Assembly: GCA_048885925.1 (NCBI GenBank)
Contig: JBHLLG010000011.1
Coordinates: 9,062-73,061, forward strand
Reading direction: 5' to 3'
Length of the DNA stretch: 64,000 nt
DNA from: Candidatus Hermodarchaeota archaeon
Lineage (GTDB): Archaea > Asgardarchaeota > Lokiarchaeia > Sigyniarchaeales > SOKP01
Both the position numbers and the translations under genes were made by a program. The notes under the pieces are model-generated. The model did not search any database. It was given only the letters and a program-made list of their open reading frames with translations, and had not been told where the DNA came from. Shown piece after piece: positions 1-10,174 of this stretch. The stretch's first letter is position 1. Each line of letters opens with the position of its first letter.

Positions 1-600
1 CCTAATGTAAGTTCCTCGATGAGAGTAGATGTAAAATAGATTCAAAAATATTTCCTTTTTAACTTTTCTCCGGAATTCTTTATTGAGATATGTAGCTGAT
101 CCAAATCTTATTTTTCCCCCATTAAACATATAGATTTTTACTATTCCCTGCACCTTGATTCCCATGTATGTTTGGGTAAAATATTTGATATTATTTACTT
201 CAATCCATGAAAAGATACCTGAGCTTAAGATTTTTCGATAGTAAAAACCTAAAGGACAAATAACTAGAAATACTCTTGAAGTAAGCAAACTAAATGAAAT
301 TACTGGCAATCCGAGAATTGGAAAAGTAATGAAAAGCACAGAGCCGGGATCGGGGATGAATAAAGCAAAAAATGATACTATTACTATCACGAACATCAAG
401 ATTGTTAGAATCCAACCTCCTATATTCAATCCACCCTTTAGCACAAATATTTTACCTTTTAAGAATTCCCCAAGAATTTCTTCTTTTGTTGAGTAATTTC
501 CGAATTGATAATTCCCCTTTTTATATTTCTGATACTCTAAGAGATATTCATCTAAATTTTTAATCTCACCATATGCATCCTTAGGAATCTCTTCTGTCAT
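1..600 (-). CDS. Membrane protein (2 TM plus PH-like domain); runs off the window edge; paralog of 10175-11374
   Basis: Manual translation from ATG at 600 is open for 200 codons to the edge: MTEEIPKDAYGEIKNLDEYLLEYQKYKKGNYQFGNYST...KIFVLKGGLNIGGW...FLVICPLGFYYRK...FSWIEV...YLNKEF. It matches the repeat unit of 10175-11374. Confidence 0.8.
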   Translation of the reverse strand, partial: MTEEIPKDAYGEIKNLDEYLLEYQKYKKGNYQFGNYSTKEEILGEFLKGKIFVLKGGLNIGGWILTILMFVIVIVSFFALFIPDPGSVLFITFPILGLPVISFSLLTSRVFLVICPLGFYYRKILSSGIFSWIEVNNIKYFTQTYMGIKVQGIVKIYMFNGGKIRFGSATYLNKEFRRKVKKEIFLNLFYIYSHRGTYIR

Positions 601-743
601 TATTTCAAACTACTTTCAATACAAATTTTTTTTTTAATATATCAAAATTATTGTATTCGCTACAAGTTATTATGAAATTCGAACAGTTTTAAATTTTCGC
701 TAAAAGAACTTTTCTCTCTCAAATTAACTTTATCATTAAAAAC

Positions 744-1268
744 CTATTCAGTGAATTTCAGATATGTTAATCTTTTGCTAAAAATATTTATATTATTTTC
801 CATGTACTGGAAATACTCGAAAAGAGCTTGAAAACATATTTTTACGATATCAAAATCAGATTTCGCATCTTTTTCTCCATGAGCAATATTATGTCTAGCT
901 ATTCGAAGTTTCATGATAACTGAAAATACATTATCAGGGATATGAATTTTATAGAGATCTTTCATTAATTTTTCAATTATGTCATGAAAGCTCTGATATC
1001 GACTGTCAAATTCACTTTTGGTAATCTTTAAATCATTCATTGTCAATTTCTTAAAGAATTCTCTTGTAAATCCTTCATATAAACTGTAAAAATAAACCAG
1101 AGCCATATTTATTAAACTCTTTAATCTTATATTGTAACTCTCTTCATTGACCTTTTTATTCATTTTTTTATATTCAAGCCAATCTTTTGAATCTTTCAAA
1201 AACTCAAAAGTATGAATTATTATTTCATAATACTCTGAAATTTGGAGAGCCTTTTCTTCTATGGACAT
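744..1268 (-). CDS. HEPN-domain protein (RiboL-PSP/MAE_28990-like), putative RNase
   Basis: All-helical 174 aa with LVYFYSLYEGF and an RxxxxH motif (RHNIAH). Confidence 0.65.
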   Translation of the reverse strand: MSIEEKALQISEYYEIIIHTFEFLKDSKDWLEYKKMNKKVNEESYNIRLKSLINMALVYFYSLYEGFTREFFKKLTMNDLKITKSEFDSRYQSFHDIIEKLMKDLYKIHIPDNVFSVIMKLRIARHNIAHGEKDAKSDFDIVKICFQALFEYFQYMENNINIFSKRLTYLKFTE

Positions 1269-1567
1269 AAGATTACCTCTAAAAATTATACTTGAAGCCA
1301 GAATATGAATATGTTGAAGTTATTTAAAAGAAAAATTAATTATTAATTATTTAAGCAAGCAAGATACTGGATTATTTATTGTATCTCTCTAAATTAGCTA
1401 AAGCCTTTATGATAATCTTAAATAAGTAATTATAATTATATTACATAATTGTCAAAGATTCTCTGTATTTATACTATTTTGTAAATTTAAGAAAATAACC
1501 TTCTCTAAAACTTCTCTAAAAAATAAAAAAGAGTTAAAGATTAATTACCGTCCTTTAATACTAAATA

Positions 1568-1774
1568 TTGAAGAACTATAAAAAGAAAAAAAGTAATAAT
1601 AGATCTATCATGGAAGATAAAGAATTAAAAGAAGCGTTAGGAAAGATTGGATTAGCTATAACCTCTATAGAAAAGAATGTTAAATCAATCGAACAAATAT
1701 TAAGGATTTTTCTGGTATTTTTTATAATTACTTTGATCATTGGATTCTTCTACGGTCTATCTCTTTCAGCATAA
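1568..1774 (+). CDS. Small protein, coiled coil plus C-terminal TM helix (true start possibly ATG at 1610)
   Basis: ORF track; hydrophobic C-terminus. Confidence 0.5.
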   Translation: MKNYKKKKSNNRSIMEDKELKEALGKIGLAITSIEKNVKSIEQILRIFLVFFIITLIIGFFYGLSLSA

Positions 1775-1892
1775 TTAAAAGATCTTAAAAATATCCACAA
1801 CAATACCTAAAACTAATCCATTATTGTAAAACTTTAAATAAGTAATAAACACTAGATTTTTTTGTAATTTTTAATATTTTTGAGGGAGGAAG

Positions 1893-2738
1893 TTGAAAAA
1901 AATAGAAAAAACGATTTTGCTATTAATTCTTATTATTTTCTCTCATCTATCGATCTTTTGGGTACCTGTATTGGGAAGAAAGGAAACAAAGACGGCTGTT
2001 GCTATCGCAGATGCCACTATCGACCAGTATAACCCAAATTCTAATTATGGGGGAGGTATAAGCCTCGAAATCGGGTATTTTCTTGAATGGCTTGAAGCAT
2101 GCATCAAATTCGACTTGTCAGATAAACCAGCTAAAACAAGAAAAGCGGAATTACGGCTTGATTTTTGGTATATTGAGGCAACTACCACAGTAGAAATTTA
2201 TGATATTAGTTCAAGTTGGAATGAATATACAATAACATGGAATAATGCTCCGTATTATGGTGAATTTCTGGGAGAGTTTACAGTTTATCAAGATGGGATA
2301 TATATAATCGAAATAACAGATATTATTGAATTTGAGGCAGGTCAATGGTCAATTTGTCTAACTGCTGAGGAACAAAATTGGTTAATGCTCTCTTCAAGAG
2401 AAAGCTTCGGAGATCCTCCAAAAATAGTGTTTACCTACGAAGTAAGCGATTTACCAATTATTATTGGAGTATTGGTCGTAATTGGTATAGTTGCGGCAAT
2501 TGCCATTGGGGGATATACATATACCAAAAAACAAAAATTGCGCAAAGAAGCAATATCACCTGTAGTTCCTCAGAAAGCTACTCCTGAACAGGTAGTTAAA
2601 GAAATTCCGGGAGCAAAAAAATACTGTCCAATGTGCGGAACACCAAATCCACGAGAAGCGGCATATTGTATCAATTGTGGGGAAAAATTTCCAGAATTAG
2701 ATAATTATAAAAACCAAGACATTCTAAAGAATTTGTAA
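1893..2738 (+). CDS. Secreted, membrane-anchored DNRLRE-domain protein with cytoplasmic double zinc ribbon
   Basis: Signal peptide; ADATIDQYNPNSNYGG, KFDLS and WNEYTITWNNAP motifs; TM helix; CPMCG...CINCG; SD GGAGG. Confidence 0.75.
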   Translation: MKKIEKTILLLILIIFSHLSIFWVPVLGRKETKTAVAIADATIDQYNPNSNYGGGISLEIGYFLEWLEACIKFDLSDKPAKTRKAELRLDFWYIEATTTVEIYDISSSWNEYTITWNNAPYYGEFLGEFTVYQDGIYIIEITDIIEFEAGQWSICLTAEEQNWLMLSSRESFGDPPKIVFTYEVSDLPIIIGVLVVIGIVAAIAIGGYTYTKKQKLRKEAISPVVPQKATPEQVVKEIPGAKKYCPMCGTPNPREAAYCINCGEKFPELDNYKNQDILKNL

Positions 2739-2791
2739 TGGTTCAATTTACATTACTCTTATCTTTATAACACAAAAAATTACCAAAGACA

Positions 2792-3064
2792 ATGAGAGAA
2801 AATATAAAAAATGTATGTTTGATTTTGGCTTTAGTAATTACTGGTGTCTCACTCCCAACAAGCGTTATATCAATAATGAGTAAACCAACTCAACCAATTA
2901 CAGAAGTTAATAATTATTATTATAATAACACTGTAATTGAGAGATATAACAACACAATAATTGTATGGGTAAATAATACTGTCGTAGTGAATGAGACCAT
3001 TGAAGAGAGTGAACCAATTTCAGATAGAAGTAAACCACCAGAGAATTTTCGGCATTTGATATAG
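2792..3064 (+). pseudogene. N-terminal fragment of a secreted protein
   Basis: Signal-like N-terminus, Asn/Thr-rich, ends early; a PKD remnant follows. Confidence 0.4.
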
Positions 3065-3210
3065 ATTCATTTATCATTATAATGCAATTTTTCTCGGACT
3101 TTTTAAATAAAAAATTTAGACGTACAATTTTATAACCCCAGAGACTAGAAATTTTATAATTTTAGCTGGATCTCTTTTTTTCTTTAAATAAAAGGGGCGA
3201 AATTAAAAGT

Positions 3211-3336
3211 ATAATAGAAAAAAATCCTACTCATATTTATGAAACTATTGGAAATTTCACTGTTTCTGTAACTGTCGTTGATAGGGATGGAGATTTTGAC
3301 ATTGAAACTAAAATTGATTATATTTTAGTTAATTAA
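3211..3336 (+). pseudogene. PKD-domain C-terminal remnant
   Basis: Manual translation NPTHIYETIGNFTVSVTVVDRDGDFDIETKIDYILVN*; no evident start codon. Confidence 0.6.
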
Positions 3337-3359
3337 TAAAATAATTTCATTTTTTTTTT

Positions 3360-3995
3360 TTAAATTACTTCTTTTAGCTTTAACTCAATTTTATTACATT
3401 GAGTATTTAGATTTTTAACATTTTCTGATAGATGACTGATTTTTCTCTTTAAAGTTTTCGGTGAAGTTGTCCACATTATTTTTAACTCTGGTTTTATGCT
3501 TTCATCATAGTCCTTTTTAATTTCTTGTAAAAAATCCTTTAAATTATATAATTTTATTTTATAATTTTGATATTCATGTTTTTCTTTTTGGTTTTTAAAT
3601 TTTATATTTAATAGTTTATCCTTCTCAAGTGAAATATACATATCTTCAAGATCTCTTACCTTTTCTTCAACGAGGTTTACGTTTTTGATTAAATTGTTAC
3701 CTTGGATATTAAGATTTTTTTCGAATTTTAATGTGCTTTTTTTTTGGCTTATTTCAGACTTTCTGTTTTTTAACAATGAGAATGTAAAATAGAAAAAAAG
3801 TAAAAGACCGCTTGTAAACAATATCTCCATAATAATAATTCTAATAAAGTAGTTCTCAGGGAATTCTGAAATATTTGATATTATAAATACCTGAGCTACA
3901 ACATATAATATCAAAAAAAGTATACTTACTATCAGCCTATTTTTAAAAAATTCATCTATTTTTAGATAGTTTGATTTCTTTTTGGTTTTTCTCAT
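3360..3995 (-). CDS. Hypothetical protein, 2 TM plus coiled coil
   Basis: ORF 211 aa. Confidence 0.6.
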   Translation of the reverse strand: MRKTKKKSNYLKIDEFFKNRLIVSILFLILYVVAQVFIISNISEFPENYFIRIIIMEILFTSGLLLFFYFTFSLLKNRKSEISQKKSTLKFEKNLNIQGNNLIKNVNLVEEKVRDLEDMYISLEKDKLLNIKFKNQKEKHEYQNYKIKLYNLKDFLQEIKKDYDESIKPELKIMWTTSPKTLKRKISHLSENVKNLNTQCNKIELKLKEVI

Positions 3996-4791
3996 ATTAA
4001 TTCTCTTATATTGATTCCTTTGGAATCAATCTTTAATTTTTGAAATCTCATCTATTGTGATTCTTAAATTTGTCAGAGCATAAATTTTTCCCATAATAAT
4101 CATGCTTTTGTTTCTTTTTTAAGAATGCTTTCTTTTTTTTCCTGTTTTGTCATTCCCAATAATTATTATGATCCTACACTATAAAATTCTTTTTGTATAT
4201 TTTTTAATCAATTAAAACCTAATAGAAAAATGTTTTAAAAAAAGTTATAACTTTTCTCTTTTCTGAATATACTATTTTTTTTTAAAAAAAAAGGATTTAA
4301 AAATTTGTAACTTCACGAGCAATAGTTATTGCTTTTGGTTCACTATAACCAGTAATGTGCGTATTTGCGAAAATAAGATGTATTGTAGCGTTAAAATATA
4401 GCCTAAATAATCCTTGAACATGCTCATAACTTCCAATACAATAAAAAGCGTATTCCCTTGCGTCATCATAATTTCCTAAACCCCATTGGGTCTCAAAATT
4501 GCTTAACTGAGAATCTAAGACTGCAATAAACCACATTTCACAAAAATAAGATCCTATTATCCGAAATCTTACCTTATCTTCTTTATATAACCATTAGCAA
4601 GTTCCAATTCATCTTCTTTATCCTTTAACTCAATTTTTAATTCTTCTAAACTTCTAATAGTGGATGTGACCGTAAAAAAAAGAATTGATTTAATTTGCTT
4701 ATTTTCAAGCTCTAATGGGGATAATTAGATATATTAGAGTAACCAAATATGAGCTAATATAAATGTTTTGAGAGTACATTGGTCATATTCT

Positions 4792-7257
4792 TCAAACTTT
4801 TCGGTTCAAATAAACTAGCATCTGTAATCTAGCAACAGCATTTCGAAGGTTAGCAATAAATGCTGCAGGTTTTGCTTCCTCGAATTCTTCTAAGAAGCGA
4901 CGAAATGTCTTTGGTGTATCAAATTGATCATTGAGTTTCGATTTCTCAAGATATTCTATGAAACGTTCAATCAAAGACCTGAGGTCTTTCATCCATACCA
5001 TGAGGTTCTTGATTGAGTAAAATGGTTTTCGAAATCTTAAGGATTTTAGATTTTGAGTGACTATCAAATCAGCAGCGTCGAGACCGGACAGGACTGCAAA
5101 ATCGCGAAATGCGGCAAGTCCGATATCAATGGTTTGAGCAAGGAAATTATGGGACTTAGAAATACGCGTTTCAAACCTATATCCGATTAATTGAACTTTC
5201 CCAAGTAGTGGTTCAATATCAATGAAATAGGATTCACCAATATCTGCTGTTCCGGGCACCACACCAGTAACCACTAAAGGCACAATATTGCCTGGTTTAA
5301 TCTCTAAATTTAGGTCAATTTTTTGCGATTCACCGGGTTTTACTTTATAGTTTCGACGTCCTGGAATCTCAATTTCTATCTGCTCATACTTTAGAGTACC
5401 CAAAGCATTTACTTTCAGAGTAATTGGTAATGATTTGTCCTCCATTTCATCTGGGTATGCAATGATGATTGGGGAGAACCAAATTCTATAGCTCTGACCT
5501 GCATTGGCATTTCCATCTGCGTAGTCTCCCACTTCCAAATTTCGTTGAACCCAGTCATTATCCTCTCTTATGACTGATTCCACTTCTCTAAATCCTAAAC
5601 TGGTTATGTCTTGATCGGGTTCCGAAGGACTTCGTATCACAGCGAAGACACAACTATGGTTAGGTGTTCCATCAGGAATTTCCCATGATAATGCTACAGT
5701 TTCTGGTGCACCGGGCGAAAGGTTATCAGGGACTGGAACGGATCCCAGATAATGAATATTAGCTATTCCACCACCAGATCCAGGATGTTTAATGAAATAC
5801 TTCACTTCCATATCTCGTGGTGGTAGGTCAACAATAGCTTCAATTTTGGCATATAAGTAGTTTGTAAAGGGATTTCCGCTTACGTCATAACGGATAGGGT
5901 GTTGATGGGCTGGAGTACCATCTGCATTGGTACCTCCAGGAGTATTTGAATGACGATTCCACAAATTCGACATTGAATAGAAATTTCGCCCCGCAGGAGC
6001 AACATTAGGTTCATTGCCTATGTCCTCAGGAAAATCACGAATATAATGATTTGTGATATCATGAGTTAGACAACATGTATCAACGCTTGTTGACATTGCA
6101 GGGTTGTTGGCACTAATGCAATTGAAGTGAGTGTTCTCATCAGGATTGGCTATGTTTGGCGATCCTGATGGTACTAAAATTGAGTTTCGGTCTCCTGTCC
6201 AGTTTCCTGCCCGAACAACTCCAGGATGCATTCCATCTAATGTATGGCCTAATTCATGTGCAAGAAGATTATCATTGCCAGCATTTTGGTCTGTAATTAC
6301 TACTTTTGAGGTTGCATCACCTGAATCAGAAGCTACTCCTCCACCTTGACTGGTAAGTGCATTTCCAGCGAAGAACACCTCAATAGTATTAGGATCAGGG
6401 TCAGTATATGAGTCACGAATAGCGGTGTAACTTGAGGTGTTTTTAAGAGTGGCATCAGTTATAATGTGGATGGGTTGTACATCGAACTGGATACAGCATT
6501 TGCCCCAGATTGCATTTGCTGCATTGAACTGCCGGTTAGCTGAAACTCCTGTAGGATTGGCATCAGTGTCACTATCCCTAAATCCAACCGGCTGAATTTT
6601 CAATGTCCTGATGTTTGTTACAAGGTCTGGATGGCAAGGATTATTGAGGTTTGCTTTCCCAGTTTCTTTGGGTCCAAGTATCTTAACAAGCTCAACTGCT
6701 CTTAAATGCAGGAAAATATTCCTGATGATGCCAAGACCGCCCTCTTGATACACGAGAGTAACTTTACCATCTCCAATTTGGAATTCTCTTCCCGTTTTCT
6801 TTTGGGTTATTGTTAAAACACACAACAAGCGTCCCAAGAATCGTTCTCGAGGCGAATCAAATACGTCCTCACCGACTTGGATATATCCCATTTTCTGACT
6901 AATAAGTCGATAAACCATTCTGACATCCAAGTTTGCTTCGAGTATCCATTGACTATCTCTAAGTGAAATACTTCCGTCACCATGACCCTTAATACTGATA
7001 TGTCCTGTGGACTCATTTTGAAGCAACACACCTGAGCTTACAAGACCAAGGGAGTTTATATTCACACCTATCCTACCTTTTTCGATATGACTTGTAGTAA
7101 ATCTTAATTCACCTTTAATATCACTTCTTTGATCTAGCTTCTCTATCGTATTGATAGTTGCATCTTGTTTAATTTTGAGAATAAAAGTAGTACCCTTAGA
7201 TAATCCAAGCGTCAAGTCTAATCCTTCTTCTGAGTTCTTACTATTCCTTTCCTCCAT
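4792..7257 (-). CDS. Large zinc-dependent metalloprotease (metzincin-like), atypical base composition
   Basis: LLAHELGHTLDGMH zinc motif; SD GAGGTGG; visibly GC-richer than flanks. Confidence 0.7.
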   Translation of the reverse strand: MEERNSKNSEEGLDLTLGLSKGTTFILKIKQDATINTIEKLDQRSDIKGELRFTTSHIEKGRIGVNINSLGLVSSGVLLQNESTGHISIKGHGDGSISLRDSQWILEANLDVRMVYRLISQKMGYIQVGEDVFDSPRERFLGRLLCVLTITQKKTGREFQIGDGKVTLVYQEGGLGIIRNIFLHLRAVELVKILGPKETGKANLNNPCHPDLVTNIRTLKIQPVGFRDSDTDANPTGVSANRQFNAANAIWGKCCIQFDVQPIHIITDATLKNTSSYTAIRDSYTDPDPNTIEVFFAGNALTSQGGGVASDSGDATSKVVITDQNAGNDNLLAHELGHTLDGMHPGVVRAGNWTGDRNSILVPSGSPNIANPDENTHFNCISANNPAMSTSVDTCCLTHDITNHYIRDFPEDIGNEPNVAPAGRNFYSMSNLWNRHSNTPGGTNADGTPAHQHPIRYDVSGNPFTNYLYAKIEAIVDLPPRDMEVKYFIKHPGSGGGIANIHYLGSVPVPDNLSPGAPETVALSWEIPDGTPNHSCVFAVIRSPSEPDQDITSLGFREVESVIREDNDWVQRNLEVGDYADGNANAGQSYRIWFSPIIIAYPDEMEDKSLPITLKVNALGTLKYEQIEIEIPGRRNYKVKPGESQKIDLNLEIKPGNIVPLVVTGVVPGTADIGESYFIDIEPLLGKVQLIGYRFETRISKSHNFLAQTIDIGLAAFRDFAVLSGLDAADLIVTQNLKSLRFRKPFYSIKNLMVWMKDLRSLIERFIEYLEKSKLNDQFDTPKTFRRFLEEFEEAKPAAFIANLRNAVARLQMLVYLNRKV

Positions 7258-7751
7258 CTAATTCCACCTCTCACTATTAAGATTATTCTCATAAAATATT
7301 TACCTTATTTTTTATTGGATTACGTTATTATACATTTTAGGAAAAATTCATATTTAAAACTTTTGTCAAAGTTAAACCATTGAAAGTTCAGTTTTCAATA
7401 TCTATTCTTCCATAGTTTCTAATTATAATTATAAACTATGAATGGACTAAAGATTTGAATGGTCACAGGTATTTTATTTTTCTTTAGCAATACGATAATT
7501 TAATTAGATAAAGATACTCTACCACTCCCCTAAATGTAGATGTGTAAATGAATAATAATTTACACACACTAAGGAGATATAAACTATATATTTTCACTAA
7601 TTTTTCATTGAAATAAGACGCTGAATTTACCTTTCCATGCCAATTTCAAAAGAATTTGAGACAAACTTTATAAATTGTACCTTATGTCTCTTAAACTATA
7701 GGTAAAGACGAATCAGAATTAAATTTGAAAAAAAATAAAAAAAATAAAATT

Positions 7752-8156
7752 TTAATTAAGAAAATCAGGAAATGGAATATTAAATTCTTCACATGCTTTT
7801 TTATATTCTTTTTTAAAAAATTGATAGCTCTCTTCTGATATGTTTCTCGTTGCATTAGCTCCCGCAGCTAATATTCTATAATTAATTTCTTCAGGCACAG
7901 AAAGGCTAGCCTTTGCTCTAGCTGAATACACAGTACTTCTTTTTTCGGGAGGGAGCTCATTAACGGTTATTACACTCGCTATAACTAAAGTGTTCATATC
8001 TTCATCGTTTAAACTATTAAATGCATATATAGTACCTTCAATTTGCTGGGCTAATTGATCCAATGGTAACTGTACCATCTCTTGTGTTCGTTTACGTGCC
8101 ATTTCAATTCTCTCATCTTCGGATGCAGTAAGCATTTTTTTAAGCATTTCTTCCAT
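7752..8156 (-). CDS. Hypothetical helical protein (possible ATA start at 8168)
   Basis: ORF 134 aa; SD GAGGTGA at 8174-8180. Confidence 0.65.
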   Translation of the reverse strand: MEEMLKKMLTASEDERIEMARKRTQEMVQLPLDQLAQQIEGTIYAFNSLNDEDMNTLVIASVITVNELPPEKRSTVYSARAKASLSVPEEINYRILAAGANATRNISEESYQFFKKEYKKACEEFNIPFPDFLN

Positions 8157-8501
8157 TTTAGGATCTATTTATATCACCTCTAACTATTCTACGTCTATGT
8201 ACAAATTACAATTGTTAAATCAATCGATTATAAGGAATAAACAAAGTTTTATTCTAACTAATAAAACCATTCATTTATTTTTGAATTTAATAATATTTTA
8301 AAGGGTAATATCAACATAATGATATTTCTAAAAAAAAAACAGATTTTAATATTGACGGGTTATTCAATCTTAAAATTTTAAGAGTTTAAGACTTCTTCTT
8401 GATAGTAAGAATTATAAGAAAAAAAAATTAATTATAAATTGTAGAAGATAATTGGATTTATAAGAGAAAAGTACCCCACTGCTCTCTTTTTCCATTATTT
8501 T

Positions 8502-9389
8502 CTATAAATTACCGAAAATTTGCTCTTTATTTTTATATAACCACCGCGGGATTTCAATTTCTTGCCAGTCTTCTGATAAATTTTCAAGAATTTTGATTTG
8601 ACTTTTTGGTAACCATGTCTCCCTATTTCGTCTTGAAATAATTAGTATTGCTTTCGCAATTTCTTTTTTAATCTTAACTTGTGTCCTAATTACTTCATCA
8701 ACATATTCTTCTTTTGAAAGAATTGGTTTCATTTTATTACCCATCCATGCATAGTATTCATATGATACTTTCATTGTTTCATCAAAAGGATTTTTTGAAA
8801 TCATAATACCTGTTTCAGTTTTTACTTTATTAGCTGGAATTTTATATTTGCTATCTCGTAATTTTTTTCTTTGAAATTGCTTTAGGTATCTTAGAAAACT
8901 ATGAAGAGCCATAGTAAATGGAGTGATTGCAAAATTATATTTCTCAGACATAAAAGGGATTTGTTCTGGAACTTTATCTTCATCTCCTTTATAAATCATC
9001 CCGTTTCTTGACCATCCAGTACCTATTAGAAAGCAATCTACATTTTGAACCATTTTACCATTGATGAAAAATTTTGCTTTTTCAGTAATGAAATATCCAT
9101 AATAACGAGTTAAATTGAATGCACCTTCAATTAATTTTCCATAGTGATCTCCTGGTTTCAATTCTAAAAATCCTGCTCGAATAGTAGTCCTATTTTTTGG
9201 CAAAAAGTCCCGATCTAATATTTCGCTTTCATAATATGGATCATAAAAGAAAAGATCGGGTACTGAGCTACCCACACCTTGAGTGTGAAATTGAGGCAAT
9301 CCTAATGTATTTTTCTTATTAAGGAACGAAATAAATCCTGCTTTTTCTAAATCGCGTGTGATTATTTTAGTTAAATCCAATGTTTCCAA
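8502..9389 (-). CDS. PD-(D/E)xK nuclease-fold protein with small C-terminal WxPKSQ domain
   Basis: VPDLFF...FLELKPG motif; WLPKSQI...EIPRWL. Confidence 0.5.
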   Translation of the reverse strand: METLDLTKIITRDLEKAGFISFLNKKNTLGLPQFHTQGVGSSVPDLFFYDPYYESEILDRDFLPKNRTTIRAGFLELKPGDHYGKLIEGAFNLTRYYGYFITEKAKFFINGKMVQNVDCFLIGTGWSRNGMIYKGDEDKVPEQIPFMSEKYNFAITPFTMALHSFLRYLKQFQRKKLRDSKYKIPANKVKTETGIMISKNPFDETMKVSYEYYAWMGNKMKPILSKEEYVDEVIRTQVKIKKEIAKAILIISRRNRETWLPKSQIKILENLSEDWQEIEIPRWLYKNKEQIFGNL

Positions 9390-9664
9390 TTTTTTTTCAC
9401 TTTTTATTTTTAATTTTGATATAAAGATTTTTGTAACATTTACATTGCTAATATGTTACGTTTTGGTAGATTTGAGTTATTATACTTATTTGACAGCAAT
9501 TAAAAATAATTTTTATTAATAGGCTATTACAATCTATTTTTTAATTAAAGACCTTTTTCGCCTTAGAAGACAATTATATTTACTATTTATTAAAGTCGTA
9601 ATAATAACAATTTAAATAGGATATAAATCTAAAATCCATTTAATATATACCAACGAAATTATGT

Positions 9665-9970
9665 GTGTTGATTAACATAAAATCTAAGCAAGACCAATTT
9701 GTAGGTGTAAGATTTACAGAAAAAGAAAAAGAATTAATAGATAAGTTTATTCAAAAGAAAAATATCTCTTATAACGAATTTATTCGTGATGCCGTCTTTT
9801 CATATATTAATAATATAGAAACTGTGAAAAATAAAGTTAATATAAAAAAAATTTATTCAAATATTCAAGAATTTGAGAAAATTCTTCCTGAATTAATAAG
9901 AAAAATTCATAATTTATATAGGGAATGTGAGCAATTTAAACTAAATAAGGATGTTTATTTTATTGTGTAA
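9665..9970 (+). CDS. Ribbon-helix-helix (CopG-like) DNA-binding protein
   Basis: FVGVRFTEKEKELIDKF...SYNEFIRDAV pattern. Confidence 0.7.
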   Translation: MLINIKSKQDQFVGVRFTEKEKELIDKFIQKKNISYNEFIRDAVFSYINNIETVKNKVNIKKIYSNIQEFEKILPELIRKIHNLYRECEQFKLNKDVYFIV

Positions 9971-10174
9971 TGTTATTTATTCAAATTTCAATTCTCTAAC
10001 TATTTATTTACTAGTTTTCAATATTAAAAGTAATGAGTTATCTCATTAAGACAAAATTCGAGTACCGAGTTCACGAAATCATCAAGCGATTTGTAAATAA
10101 ATTCATTAATTTTTAGGAATCACATTGGCTAAATAAAAGAAAAGAGTGTCAAAATCTTTTTATAACTCTATGAC

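Noticed and set aside
372-563. Listed 63-aa plus-strand ORF, and similar short ORFs nested in larger genes across the window
   Set aside because: Antisense or alternate-frame shadows of well-supported genes, with no motifs.
4297-4700. 79-aa ORF with coding-like upstream sequence
   Set aside because: Multiple stops and no recognisable family; probably an eroded gene.
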